Positions 47,837 through 57,922 of a stretch of DNA of 64,000 nt are shown here, in pieces; position 1 is the first letter of the stretch; each line of letters begins with the position of its first letter. The stretch comes from a bacterium (GTDB lineage Bacteria > SAR324 > NAC60-12). The DNA lies in NCBI GenBank assembly GCA_965209155.1, contig OZ242383.1, positions 832,001 through 896,000 on the forward strand, given 5' to 3'. The notes under the pieces are model-generated. The model did not search any database, was not told where the DNA came from, and saw only the letters and a program-made list of their open reading frames with translations. A program made the translations under genes and the position numbers.

Positions 47837-48715
47837 ATGAGCTTAAAAGAGAAAGAAAAATGGTTTGGGATCGCTATTGCTCTGCCCGGGTTGCTGATGG
47901 TTTTTGTCACGATTTTTTATCCCTTGGGAGTGGGGATCGTGCACAGCTTCAAAAAAGCCCACCTGTTGAAATTGAAAAAGGCCACATGGAACGGATTGGA
48001 CAACTATGAGAAACTCTTCAGCGATGATCTGTTTTGGAATGCGCTTTCCAATACCATCATCATGACCACTTTATGGACTTTCGGCGCAGCGCTTCTGGGC
48101 CTGATACTGGCTGTGGCTCTCAACCGCGAGCGGATGATCGACCGCATCATTGGCGGCATGCTACTGATTCCCTGGATCATGCCTCCAATCGCTGTTGCCT
48201 TTATGTTTCAATACATGTATGCGGGGCGTAACGGCATCATCCTTGAATTTTTAAAAATCTTCGGAATCGAAAGAAAATCTGGCATGTCACTTTTTATGGA
48301 TCTGACCTGGGCGCAGCCCACGATTATCCTGACAACCATTTGGATGGCGTTTCCTTTCTTCCTGGTGATGTTCCTGGCAGGATTGAAGACCATCCCTAAG
48401 GATATTTTAGAAGCGGCCACCATCGACGGAGCCAGTCGGATTGCAAAATTTCGCTTCATTACCCTGCCCTTTCTCAAGAATATCATTGTTATCGCCACCA
48501 CGTTGTCGATCATATGGGGGTTCAATTTCTTTGATTTAATCTTTGCAACAACCCGGGGTGGTCCAGTGAACAAGACAGATACGCTGGTGACCTTCGCGCA
48601 ACGAGTGGCCTTTGAAGAACTGAATCTGGGTTATACATCAGCCTTGGGGGTTGTCTGGTTGATCGGACTCACCATCTTTTCTTACATTTATCTCAGGGCG
48701 ATGAAAGTGATTTAA
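47837..48715 (+). CDS. Carbohydrate ABC permease (MalF-like), copy A
   Basis: GLDNY, PWIMP, EAATIDGA and TRGGP. Confidence 0.93.
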   Translation: MSLKEKEKWFGIAIALPGLLMVFVTIFYPLGVGIVHSFKKAHLLKLKKATWNGLDNYEKLFSDDLFWNALSNTIIMTTLWTFGAALLGLILAVALNRERMIDRIIGGMLLIPWIMPPIAVAFMFQYMYAGRNGIILEFLKIFGIERKSGMSLFMDLTWAQPTIILTTIWMAFPFFLVMFLAGLKTIPKDILEAATIDGASRIAKFRFITLPFLKNIIVIATTLSIIWGFNFFDLIFATTRGGPVNKTDTLVTFAQRVAFEELNLGYTSALGVVWLIGLTIFSYIYLRAMKVI

Positions 48716-48731
48716 TCGAAAGTAAAATATT

Positions 48732-49610
48732 ATGGCAGATACAGTTATCAAAAACCCTGCGACTTTTGTGGCAGAATCAATAAGAAGTGTCGTCTTGTTT
48801 GCCGGGGTAATGCTCGTTATGTTTCCAGTACTCTGGATCATCTCCACCTCGTTACGATCCAATCCGGAAACTCAATTAGCCCCACCGAATTTACTCCCCC
48901 AAACCTTTACTTTCGAATATTACTCCATCAAACAGTTTGGTGGAGGGACCTCGGCGGGCATGACCAACGAGTTTGTTCCCAATATTATGAATGGACTGTG
49001 GGTGGCCTTCTGGGTGACTTTGCTGGCGGTAGTCCTGGCAACGATGACCGGTTACAGTTTTTCAAGATTTTCTTTTACCGGGAGAAAATCTCTGCTGGTG
49101 CTCCTGCTCAACACGCAAATGTTTCCCTACATTGCTATCATTGTCCCCCTCTACATCATGTATCGCACGTTGGGATTGCTCAACTCGTTCACCGGGTTGA
49201 TCCTGGCAGAAGTAGGCCTGGTGTTGCCCTTCTCGATTTGGATGGTCAAAAGTTTTTGCGACACCGTCGATAAGGATTTGGAAGAAGCCGCGCTCATTGA
49301 AGGAGCTTCCCGGCTCCGTATCTTGTGGAGCATTGTGGTTCCCGTCATTTCACCCGGAATTATCTCGGTAGCCATGTTCTCCTTCCTGGCCTCCTGGAAC
49401 CATTTGCTTTATGTGATGATTTTGAACACACGGGATAGTAAAATCACCGTGCCCTTAGGGTTGATGCGAACCTATGGGGAAGGTTTTTACACGCATTATT
49501 CGGAAATGGCTGCCGGCATTGTCATCGTCTCAACGCCGGTACTGATTGTCTTTATCTGGTTGCAAAAATATTTTGCTTCCGGACTGTCCGCGGGTGCATT
49601 GAAAGGGTAG
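48732..49610 (+). CDS. Carbohydrate ABC permease (MalG-like), copy A
   Basis: GYSFSRF, EEAALIEGA, SWN and GLSAGALKG. Confidence 0.93.
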   Translation: MADTVIKNPATFVAESIRSVVLFAGVMLVMFPVLWIISTSLRSNPETQLAPPNLLPQTFTFEYYSIKQFGGGTSAGMTNEFVPNIMNGLWVAFWVTLLAVVLATMTGYSFSRFSFTGRKSLLVLLLNTQMFPYIAIIVPLYIMYRTLGLLNSFTGLILAEVGLVLPFSIWMVKSFCDTVDKDLEEAALIEGASRLRILWSIVVPVISPGIISVAMFSFLASWNHLLYVMILNTRDSKITVPLGLMRTYGEGFYTHYSEMAAGIVIVSTPVLIVFIWLQKYFASGLSAGALKG

Positions 49611-49709
49611 GTTCAAGCAGAAGGAGAAAAAACTCCGCTGCCTCCCAACTATTAAGTAAAACTTCAATCATTTAATTAACTAACCCCAACTCAACATCAG
49701 GAATTTTTT

Positions 49710-50636
49710 ATGGATAAGGCATTGGAACCTGCTTTGGAGAAAGCCCATCGACGTCCCTGGTTGACGCTGGAAAGACGGAAAATGTGGTTTGGGGTGATGA
49801 TTGTCACCCCTGGGTTGCTGATGGTGTTCGCCACGGTTCTTTATCCTTTGGGATACGGCATCATGATCAGCTTCAAAAAAGCCCATTTATTGAAATTGCG
49901 GAAAGCCAAATGGGATGGATTTGGTAATTATGAGAAACTCTTTAACGATGATCTATTTTGGAATGCATTGCAAAATACAATCGTGATGACCGGATTGTGG
50001 ACTATTTTCGGTGCTGCGCTTGGTCTCATGTTCGCCTTGGCTCTGAACCGGGAGACCAGGGCCAATCGCATCATTGGAGGCGCACTGCTGATTCCCTGGA
50101 TCATGCCTGGGGTCGTGATTGCCTACATGTGCGTTTTTCTCTTTGAATCGCGTAATGGCATCATGTTCGAGACCTTAACGAATCTGGGGATTTATCCCGT
50201 GCGCGAAAACGTCTGGACCTCGTTGGCTTATGCGAAACCCACCATCATTTTTATCACCACCTGGATGGCTTTTCCTTTTTTCATGGTGATGTTTCTGGCA
50301 GGGCTGAAGACGATTCCAAAAGAGATTGTCGAGGCAGCTGAGATCGACGGAGCGAATCGCGTGCAAAGTTTCTTTTACATCACCCTGCCTTATCTCAAAA
50401 ATATCATTGTCATCGCAACCACGCTATCGATCATCTGGGGGTTCAATTTCCTGGATATCATCTATGCCACGACCCGGGGTGGTCCGATCAGCAGTACAGA
50501 AACGATGGCCTTCCTCGCCTGGCGCATGGCCTTTGAAGTTTTGGACCTGGGGTACACCGCGGCCCTGGGAGTGATTTGGTTGCTCGTGCTTTTAGTTTTT
50601 TCTGTTTTTTATCTCAAATCGATGAAGGTGATCTGA
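49710..50636 (+). CDS. Carbohydrate ABC permease (MalF-like), copy B
   Basis: Paralog of 47837-48715 (shared SFKKAHLLKL and MAFPFF.VMFLAGLKTIPK); EAAEIDGA. Confidence 0.93.
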   Translation: MDKALEPALEKAHRRPWLTLERRKMWFGVMIVTPGLLMVFATVLYPLGYGIMISFKKAHLLKLRKAKWDGFGNYEKLFNDDLFWNALQNTIVMTGLWTIFGAALGLMFALALNRETRANRIIGGALLIPWIMPGVVIAYMCVFLFESRNGIMFETLTNLGIYPVRENVWTSLAYAKPTIIFITTWMAFPFFMVMFLAGLKTIPKEIVEAAEIDGANRVQSFFYITLPYLKNIIVIATTLSIIWGFNFLDIIYATTRGGPISSTETMAFLAWRMAFEVLDLGYTAALGVIWLLVLLVFSVFYLKSMKVI

Positions 50637-51526
50637 TGGCTCAAGATTTAAACAAACAAATCCCTGCGGTTAGCAGAAGAGTGGTCCTTTTTGCAGGGCT
50701 CGTATTCGTTCTATTCCCGCTGCTCTGGCTGCTCAAATCGTCTTTCGTGACCAACGAGGAAACACTGAAAGCGCCGATTCAATATTTGCCCCGTAGTTTT
50801 ACCTTGAATAACTACCTGCAGCCCTTGTTAGGGATCTCTGTTACGATTCGGGGAGAATTCACCGAGTCTCCTGATGGCATTTCTCCGCTGGTGGGCTACA
50901 TTAAAAATGGGGCGATCGTGGCCTTTTTTGTGGTGACCATTAACGTGTTCCTGGCCACTCTGACAGGCTACGGCTTTTCCCGGTTTCGCTTTTTTGGCAG
51001 AAAATCCCTTTTGGTTCTGCTCCTCAATACGCAAATGTTTCCCTACATTGCCATCCTGGTCCCGCTTTACATCATGTATCGCTCCTTAGGGTTACTCAAT
51101 ACCTATACCGGTCTTATCATTGGAGAGGTGGGATTGGTGCTGCCTTTCTCAATTTGGATGATCAAGAGTTTTTGTGACACCATCGATGAGGACCTGGAGG
51201 ATGCTGCCCTCATTGATGGGGCGTCTCGCATACGAATTTTGTGGAATATTGTCTTTCCGGTCATCATCCCGGGGATTACTTCCGTGGCCATGTTCTCATT
51301 CCTGGCCTCCTGGAATCACTTGTTATATGTGATGGTGTTGAATACCCGGGAAACGTTGATCACTGTACCCCTCGGGCTTGTCCGGGATTATGGGGGAGGG
51401 TACAACTACTATTACTCGACGATGTCCGCCGGACTATTAATTGTCTCTCTGCCGGTTGTGGCTGTTTTCGTCTGGCTGCAACGCTACTTCGCTTCCGGGT
51501 TGACGGCCGGGGCGATTAAAGGATAG
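50636..51526 (+). CDS. Carbohydrate ABC permease (MalG-like), copy B
   Basis: Paralog of 48732-49610 (shared GRKSLLVLLLNTQMFPYIA). ATG overlaps the upstream TGA. Confidence 0.92.
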   Translation: MAQDLNKQIPAVSRRVVLFAGLVFVLFPLLWLLKSSFVTNEETLKAPIQYLPRSFTLNNYLQPLLGISVTIRGEFTESPDGISPLVGYIKNGAIVAFFVVTINVFLATLTGYGFSRFRFFGRKSLLVLLLNTQMFPYIAILVPLYIMYRSLGLLNTYTGLIIGEVGLVLPFSIWMIKSFCDTIDEDLEDAALIDGASRIRILWNIVFPVIIPGITSVAMFSFLASWNHLLYVMVLNTRETLITVPLGLVRDYGGGYNYYYSTMSAGLLIVSLPVVAVFVWLQRYFASGLTAGAIKG

Positions 51527-51531
51527 TGTGG

Positions 51532-51770
51532 TCAGGCAATTTGTTTATTGATGAAAACGCTCTCTTTTTTGATAGATTCTTCAATGACGGTTTTTCCTTT
51601 TTTTGAAAGCAATTCAGGATTGCTGATGTACCAGACCCAGGCATGAGTGTCGAGAAGGATCATGGCAAACTCTCCCAATCTTCTTCACCGACAGGTTCCA
51701 TGGGATATTTATACTCTGAAAGACCGATCCTCGTAAGTGTCGTAGCGCTTCCATAGGATCTTCGAGATTG
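51532..51770 (-). pseudogene. Remnant of a Phd/YefM-VapC (PIN) toxin-antitoxin pair
   Basis: Antitoxin tail LRHLRGSV...PMEPVGEEDWESLP* overlaps (ATGA) a 43-aa PIN fragment MILLDTHAWVWYISNPELLSKKGK... (51663-51532). Confidence 0.75.
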
Positions 51771-51810
51771 AAATCCTTTAAATTTTAACATTTTAATAAT
51801 TATAGAAAAA

Positions 51811-52695
51811 ATGAATAATAAATTCAGCGGGGTCTATCCCGCCATGATCACGCCAATGACAGCAGACGGGCAATTGAACGAAGACGTATTTCGGCAAGTG
51901 ATGGAATTCAACATCCAAGCCGGCGTACATGGGTTCTGGATTGCTGGAGGCACAGGTGAAAGCGTTTTACTGGATGATGAAGAAAATCGTCGCATTGCCG
52001 AAATCGCTGTAGACCAAGCGCAAGGAAGAATTAAAAACATCATGCATGTCGGTACGCCAACCACGACACGTTCGGCGAGGTTGGCAGAACATGCCGCCAA
52101 ATGCGGAGTTGACGCCATCTGTTGCGTTCCTCCCTTCTTCTATTCACAGTCGAACGAAGCCATAGTCGAACACTACCGCGTTGTCGCCGCCGCCGCCGAT
52201 TTACCGCTATTTGTTTACAATCTTCCCCAATCAACCCAAGTGGAGATCACTCCAGCTTCGATGCGGGAGATCCAAGAAAAAGTACCTCAGCTGGAAGGAC
52301 TCAAACATTCTGCTCCAAATATGAGTTTCGTTCGCCATTTCAGCAACATGGGATTGGCCTGTTTGATCGGGAATTGTCGCTTGATGCTGCCAGCCTTGAC
52401 TGTGGGAGCGATCGGGTGCATCGATGGTCCTCCCAATATGGCTCCCGAGTTGTGGGTTGCGGTTTGGGATGCGTTCCAAGCTGGTGATTTCAAAGAAGCC
52501 ATGGTCGCGCAGGAAAAATGCGCTCGGGTGGCGACTCTAGCTGAAACACCTCGATTTCCAACAGTCATCAAAGCAGTGATCAGCGAAAGACTTGGCGTCG
52601 ACTGCGGTAATCCCCGTCCGCCGTACCTGAGTTTGAGCCCTTCCGAACAACGCGAGTTATCTCAAAAACTGAGATCGTTCGGACTGGTCAACTGA
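51811..52695 (+). CDS. DHDPS/N-acetylneuraminate lyase-family aldolase
   Basis: GVYPAMITP, GGTGE, PPFFY, VYNLPQ and GLKHS (Schiff-base Lys). Confidence 0.9.
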   Translation: MNNKFSGVYPAMITPMTADGQLNEDVFRQVMEFNIQAGVHGFWIAGGTGESVLLDDEENRRIAEIAVDQAQGRIKNIMHVGTPTTTRSARLAEHAAKCGVDAICCVPPFFYSQSNEAIVEHYRVVAAAADLPLFVYNLPQSTQVEITPASMREIQEKVPQLEGLKHSAPNMSFVRHFSNMGLACLIGNCRLMLPALTVGAIGCIDGPPNMAPELWVAVWDAFQAGDFKEAMVAQEKCARVATLAETPRFPTVIKAVISERLGVDCGNPRPPYLSLSPSEQRELSQKLRSFGLVN

Positions 52696-52715
52696 ACGGA
52701 ATTGAACGCAAAAAT

Positions 52716-54665
52716 TTATCTGGGGTCAGGGGAATACAGGATGTAATCCGATTGATTCGGAAAAAGGGTTTGGTTCCAGAATTCGAGCAAGGTATAAGGC
52801 CAGTTTTGGGTCACCCTTCCTTTGCTGTTCTTGTACCAGCTTTTCACATGGGGGGCGCCCCAAGGTCTTTGCAGATTCCCTTCGTCCACCCATTGGTTAT
52901 ATGCGTCATGGACGGACTGTTTGCAGTCGAGCGCGGTGTGATCAGTTTCCAAGAGCAATTTTATACAGCCCAGGATGTAACGCATTTCACATTCGGAAAA
53001 GAAGATGATGCTACCATTGGCAACAATGTTCGTGTTCGGACCATACATGCAAAACAGATTGGGAAACCGGGGAATGGTGATTCCCAGGTAAGCCCGAGGA
53101 TCGCCATTCCAATGTTCCTGCAAGTCCACACCACCCAACCCTTTGATTCGCATGGGCCAGAGCATGCGGCTGGGATAGAACCCTGAAGCATAAATGAGAA
53201 CATCCACATCATAATTTTCATTAGATTGCGTAAGAACCCCTGTCTCTGTAATAGCAGCAATCGGGTCCGTGATGAGGTGGACGTTTTCCCGTTTCAATGC
53301 TCGCAACCATGTGCCATTGTCGATCAACATCCGCTTTCCTGCCGGTGGATACTGCGGGATACATTTATTTATCAATTCTTGATCCTCACCCAAAACAGAA
53401 GACATGCTTTTTGTAAAAAAAGAACGAAGCTCGTCGTTTGCTGCACTGATCGAACGCCGTTGATGCGGCCAGGAATTGTCTTTTTTTACCCAACGCAGAA
53501 TGCCTTCCGCATTTTGCCAAAACAAGAAAATTCGGAACCATTTGGCATAAAAAGGTACATGATGGTGAAGCCAGTGCGCACCTTCAGGGAAATCGTCATG
53601 GTATTCAGGCATATGAAAAATCCAATTCGGCGTACGCTGGAAAACAAAAACATCTTTTGCTTGTTTGGCAATTTCGGGGACAAATTGAAAAGCGCTGGCA
53701 CCCGACCCTATCACGGCTATTCGTTTGTCAGTCAATTTTTTTTCGTGCTTCCATTGGGCCGAATGGAACGAGATACCCGCAAACAACTCGCGTCCTCTGA
53801 TATCAGGAAGCTTCGGACGATTGAGTTGACCGACTGCACTGATGATCGCATTGGCTTGCAGTGTTTCGTAAAAACCTTCCTGACCTCTAACCCGAACCTT
53901 CCAAGTGTGAGTCCTCTCGTCGAATTCCGCAGATTCAACCGAAGTGTTGAAACGAATATGGGACCGGATTCCAAAATCATCGGCACACTCTCTGAAGTAC
54001 TTGCGCAAAACAGGCTGAGGTGAAAAGATTTTGGGCCAATCTTGAGGCCTGAAAGAATAAGAATAAAGGTGGTTGGGGTTGTCGACTCGACAACCAGGGT
54101 AAGTGTTTTCGAACCATGTGCCTCCCACATCTGCGTTTTTTTCGATGACCGTATAAGAGATGCCAGCTTCTTTTAAACGATAAGCTGCCAGAATGCCAGA
54201 CATCCCACTGCCAATGATGACGACGTGGAACGCCTGCCTTTTCTCATCCGGAATATTTTGGATGCCTGGCTGTCCAAACGCATCTTCTCCATTCAAGGAG
54301 AGTTCTGCTACGAGAAATTTTCCATAATCCTCAGGTAGCGATTCACCTACCAGGAAGTCCATCATCTCACGAACTTGATCCATACTCGGTATGGGAGGTA
54401 AGGGACTTCCCAAGTCCCGGTAATTCTTGAGGATTTCCAACGCCTGTTTGCGGACGATAGTTTGTTGCTCTTCGGTAATTCCGTAAGTTCGATCTCCTAA
54501 ATTGCGGGTATTGGGGCGAATCTCTCCCCGTATGAGGTTGATGTCACCCGACAAGATAGCGAGAGAAACCATCAATGCCGGAATATTAGCCTTCTCCAGA
54601 GCCGTTTTGATAGTTTCGTCATCTGCTGTAATCGGATCCCAGGAATCAAAAACTGTTCGATTCAT
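52716..54665 (-). CDS. Baeyer-Villiger monooxygenase (4-hydroxyacetophenone monooxygenase-like)
   Basis: About 140-aa N-terminal extension, GSGMSG, GGTWFENTYPG, BVMO fingerprint FAGISFHSAQW and GSGASA. Confidence 0.9.
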   Translation of the reverse strand: MNRTVFDSWDPITADDETIKTALEKANIPALMVSLAILSGDINLIRGEIRPNTRNLGDRTYGITEEQQTIVRKQALEILKNYRDLGSPLPPIPSMDQVREMMDFLVGESLPEDYGKFLVAELSLNGEDAFGQPGIQNIPDEKRQAFHVVIIGSGMSGILAAYRLKEAGISYTVIEKNADVGGTWFENTYPGCRVDNPNHLYSYSFRPQDWPKIFSPQPVLRKYFRECADDFGIRSHIRFNTSVESAEFDERTHTWKVRVRGQEGFYETLQANAIISAVGQLNRPKLPDIRGRELFAGISFHSAQWKHEKKLTDKRIAVIGSGASAFQFVPEIAKQAKDVFVFQRTPNWIFHMPEYHDDFPEGAHWLHHHVPFYAKWFRIFLFWQNAEGILRWVKKDNSWPHQRRSISAANDELRSFFTKSMSSVLGEDQELINKCIPQYPPAGKRMLIDNGTWLRALKRENVHLITDPIAAITETGVLTQSNENYDVDVLIYASGFYPSRMLWPMRIKGLGGVDLQEHWNGDPRAYLGITIPRFPNLFCMYGPNTNIVANGSIIFFSECEMRYILGCIKLLLETDHTALDCKQSVHDAYNQWVDEGNLQRPWGAPHVKSWYKNSKGRVTQNWPYTLLEFWNQTLFPNQSDYILYSPDPR

Positions 54666-54692
54666 AAATTTCTTATCCGAAATTAAGAAAAA

Positions 54693-55820
54693 TCATGAAG
54701 GTTGGTTTTGCCAGAAATCTGCGATCAGTCGGTTCACCTCCGAAGCGCTTTCCATCTGAATCATATGTCCTCCCTCCGGGAGGATATGGACGTTTGACTG
54801 GTTGGGAAGGTTACGGGCATGCTCCGCAGGCAAGATACGATCCTCTTCACCCCAAATCACGAGGGCGGGTATATTCTGTTCCTCCAATGTTGATCGTAAA
54901 ACAACGGCCTGGTTAACTCCGTCTGTGAATCGGCCGAGCAGTGTGTCCAGGCAGGATTGTACTCCGTCGATTCGTTTATACTTGAGGAGATCCTCAACCA
55001 ACTGACGGGTCACGAGGGAAGGATCTTTGAAAAGTTGTTGAACATGAGGTTTGAGTTCCCGACGGCTCTGGCTTTCAGTGAATCCTCGCAAATAAGCCGC
55101 GTTTATTTCAGGTCCCAGTCCGGCGCTGCCTATGAGCGTGAGGGAACGGACCAGATCAGGGCGGGTATTTGCCAACTGCAGCGCAATCGCTCCCCCCATG
55201 GAATGACCGACCCAGTCTGCCTCTGCGACATCGAGTTCCCGCATCAATTGCTGAAGAGTTTCCGCCATGTATGTAAAACTGCCGTCTCCCACTATTTTTG
55301 TGGAGTTTCCGTGTCCCGGCAAGTCGACTGCAACAACAGTGCGATCTGCAGCTAAAGGCAAGTGATTGAAAAGCCAGTTGTTGAGGTCTCCTCCAAATCC
55401 GTGTAGTAGGACTGCGATTTTCTCTTTTGATCCATGGCGTAAGAAGTTGATTGTCAATTCCCCGATCCTGGAAGTTTCCGATTTTGGCCCGCTGTCTTCC
55501 TCATCTGTTTCTTCGGGGACGAAATTTTCCTGAAATTCTTGAATGTATGCATCGATCTCTCCGTCGGAGACATCGCCTTCAGCAACCACTCCGAGCAACG
55601 CTCCGACCGGCAGTACCTCTCCCGGCATTGCAACAGTACGACGCAGAGTCCCGGAATCGGCAACTTCCACGGCGCTAGTGATCTTGTCGGTTTCAACATC
55701 CACCACTTCCATACCCGTATCCACCGTGTCTCCTACTTCGATGAGCCAGTCTCCTACTTGACCTTCTTTCATGGAAAGGCCCCATTTCGGCATGGTGATT
55801 GGTTTAATTTTGTTGTCCAT
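54693..55820 (-). CDS. acoC: Acetoin dehydrogenase E2-type subunit (lipoyl domain plus alpha/beta hydrolase)
   Basis: MPKWGLSMKEG, ETDKI lipoyl Lys, HGFGGDLNNWLFN and GHSMG. Confidence 0.92.
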   Translation of the reverse strand: MDNKIKPITMPKWGLSMKEGQVGDWLIEVGDTVDTGMEVVDVETDKITSAVEVADSGTLRRTVAMPGEVLPVGALLGVVAEGDVSDGEIDAYIQEFQENFVPEETDEEDSGPKSETSRIGELTINFLRHGSKEKIAVLLHGFGGDLNNWLFNHLPLAADRTVVAVDLPGHGNSTKIVGDGSFTYMAETLQQLMRELDVAEADWVGHSMGGAIALQLANTRPDLVRSLTLIGSAGLGPEINAAYLRGFTESQSRRELKPHVQQLFKDPSLVTRQLVEDLLKYKRIDGVQSCLDTLLGRFTDGVNQAVVLRSTLEEQNIPALVIWGEEDRILPAEHARNLPNQSNVHILPEGGHMIQMESASEVNRLIADFWQNQPS

Positions 55821-55888
55821 GATTCCTTTCTCTCCTTCCTCTCCCCCCTTGGCAGGGGGGCAGGGGAAAATTGACAGGGAGTTCTCCC

Positions 55889-56896
55889 CTAATTGCCGAG
55901 TGTTTTTTGCACGGAAGCGATTATCTTCTCAGAGGAAGGGATGTAATGCTTCTCGAGATCTGGTGAAAACGGAACAGGAGTGTGAGGGGCAGTCACCATC
56001 TCAATGGGAGCTTTGAGCGCCTGGAACGCGTCCTGCGCAACGGCAGCGGATACGTCGGCAGCAATACTGCATCGAGGATTCGCCTCGTCAACCACCACTA
56101 ACCTTCCCGTGTTTTCTACACTTTCAATGACCGTATCCATGTCTATGGGAGACAAGGTCCTCAGGTCAATCACCTCACATTCGACCCCATCTTGCGCCAA
56201 TTGGTTTGCCGCCTCGGCTGCGCGATGGACCATCATCCCATAGGCGACGAGGGTGGCGTCCCTTCCTTCTCGCAAAACGTTCGCCTCGGCGAAGGGGATG
56301 GTATAGAGTTCTTCGGGAACGTCTCCTTGATATCCATAAATGTTTTTATGTTCGCAAAAGATGACCGGATCGTTGTCTCGAATTGCTTGAACCATCAACC
56401 CTTTAGCATCATAAGGAGAAGAAGGGCAAACCACTTTGATGCCGGGAACGTGAGTGAAAATAGGAGTCAGCGTTTGTGAATGTTGGGATGCCGCAGACAA
56501 ACCGGCGCCATACATGGTGCGAATGACCACGGGCGTTTCCGCTTTTCCGCCAAACATATAGCGAAATTTTGCCGCCTGATTATAGATCTGGTCGAAACAG
56601 ACACCCAGGAAATCGATAAACATCAATTCCGCAACCGGTCGCATGCCACACGTGGCCGCTCCAATCGCTGCTCCGATAAAGGCAGACTCTGAAAGAGGCG
56701 TATCCAACAGACGATTGCCATATTTCCCGAAAAGTCCCTTATAAACGCCCATGGCGCCTCCCCAAGCATCATCTTCGCCCGGACTGCCCGTTCCGCCTAC
56801 GATGTCTTCCCCCATCAAGATCACTGAGGAGTCACGTGCCATTTCTTGATCAAATGCTTCCGTAATTGCTTCCTTGATTGTTATTTGACGTGCCAT
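55889..56896 (-). CDS. acoB: Acetoin dehydrogenase E1 beta subunit
   Basis: MGEDI, DDAWGG, DTPLSE, NQAAKFRYMFGGKA and DPVIFCEHK. Confidence 0.93.
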   Translation of the reverse strand: MARQITIKEAITEAFDQEMARDSSVILMGEDIVGGTGSPGEDDAWGGAMGVYKGLFGKYGNRLLDTPLSESAFIGAAIGAATCGMRPVAELMFIDFLGVCFDQIYNQAAKFRYMFGGKAETPVVIRTMYGAGLSAASQHSQTLTPIFTHVPGIKVVCPSSPYDAKGLMVQAIRDNDPVIFCEHKNIYGYQGDVPEELYTIPFAEANVLREGRDATLVAYGMMVHRAAEAANQLAQDGVECEVIDLRTLSPIDMDTVIESVENTGRLVVVDEANPRCSIAADVSAAVAQDAFQALKAPIEMVTAPHTPVPFSPDLEKHYIPSSEKIIASVQKTLGN

Positions 56897-56909
56897 ATTT
56901 ACCTCCCAT

Positions 56910-57893
56910 TCAATAATTTATGTAAACGTCGGTGAGTAAGTCAGCCTCGGTCGGGCTGGGAGCCACCTGGGCTTCTTCAAATGCCCCACTGATCAGGGTC
57001 AGGACCTCATGATCAATTTCCTCTAAATCAGATTCCGTCAAGACACCCATTTTCGTCACTTGCAGGGAGAATTTTTTCAAACAATCTCGATTGGCTCGGA
57101 TCTCGTCCACTTCTCCCGCTCCGCGATAAGTTTGCGCATCTCCTTCAAAATGTCCGTAGAAGCGAATCATATTGCATTCCAGCAGACTGGGGCCGCCTCC
57201 TTCCCGGGCACGATTGATAACCTCTCCGGCAGCTTCATAAACTGCAAAAAAATCGGTCCCGTCTACCGTAACACCCGGCATTCCGAATCCCAAGGCGCGA
57301 TCCACGTAACTATCGACTGCCACCGCATAGTCCCGGGAAGTAGATTGGGCGTAACCATTGTTTTCAACGACGAAAATGGCGGGAATGTCCCAGACTGCAG
57401 CCAGGTTCAGGCTTTCCAGAAAATTTCCCGCATTGGAAGCGCCGTCCCCAATGAAGCTGACAGCAACGCTTCCATCCTTTTTATACTTGGACGCCAAAGC
57501 AGCGCCACAGGCCAATGGCGCTCCCGCGCCAAGTATACCATTGGCTCCCATCATTCCCTGGTCCAAATCGGCTATGTGCATGGAGCCTCCCTTGCCATGA
57601 CAAGTGCCATTGGACTTACCATAGAGCTCCGCCACCATGCCTTTTACGTCAACGCCCTTGGCGATACAGTGACCATGTCCGCGATGAGTGCTTGCGATGT
57701 GATCGTCTTTGTTGAGGTGCATCATGATACCGGTCCCAGCCGCCTCCTCACCGGCATAGAGATGTACAAATCCGGGTAGCACGCCTTTGGCAAATTCGAT
57801 ATGCACGCGCTCCTCAAATTCACGAATCGTTTTCATCGTCCGGTAGGCTCGCAATAGCTCGTTCCGGTTTAAAGGAAAAGGGTTGTCTGTCAT
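56910..57893 (-). CDS. acoA: Acetoin dehydrogenase E1 alpha subunit (TPP-dependent)
   Basis: PGFVHLYAGEEA, STHRGHGH, GKGGSMH, GDGA...ENN and GHFEGD. Confidence 0.93.
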   Translation of the reverse strand: MTDNPFPLNRNELLRAYRTMKTIREFEERVHIEFAKGVLPGFVHLYAGEEAAGTGIMMHLNKDDHIASTHRGHGHCIAKGVDVKGMVAELYGKSNGTCHGKGGSMHIADLDQGMMGANGILGAGAPLACGAALASKYKKDGSVAVSFIGDGASNAGNFLESLNLAAVWDIPAIFVVENNGYAQSTSRDYAVAVDSYVDRALGFGMPGVTVDGTDFFAVYEAAGEVINRAREGGGPSLLECNMIRFYGHFEGDAQTYRGAGEVDEIRANRDCLKKFSLQVTKMGVLTESDLEEIDHEVLTLISGAFEEAQVAPSPTEADLLTDVYINY

Positions 57894-57922
57894 AGGTTCT
57901 CCTCTCGTTTCTTCAGGTTCAA

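Noticed and set aside
50576..50635. Upstream extension of the fourth permease ORF
   Set aside because: Overlaps the previous gene; the coupled ATG at 50636 is the likely start.
55843..55860. C-rich/G-rich hairpin between acoB and acoC
   Set aside because: A single short REP-like hairpin; no other copy seen in the window.
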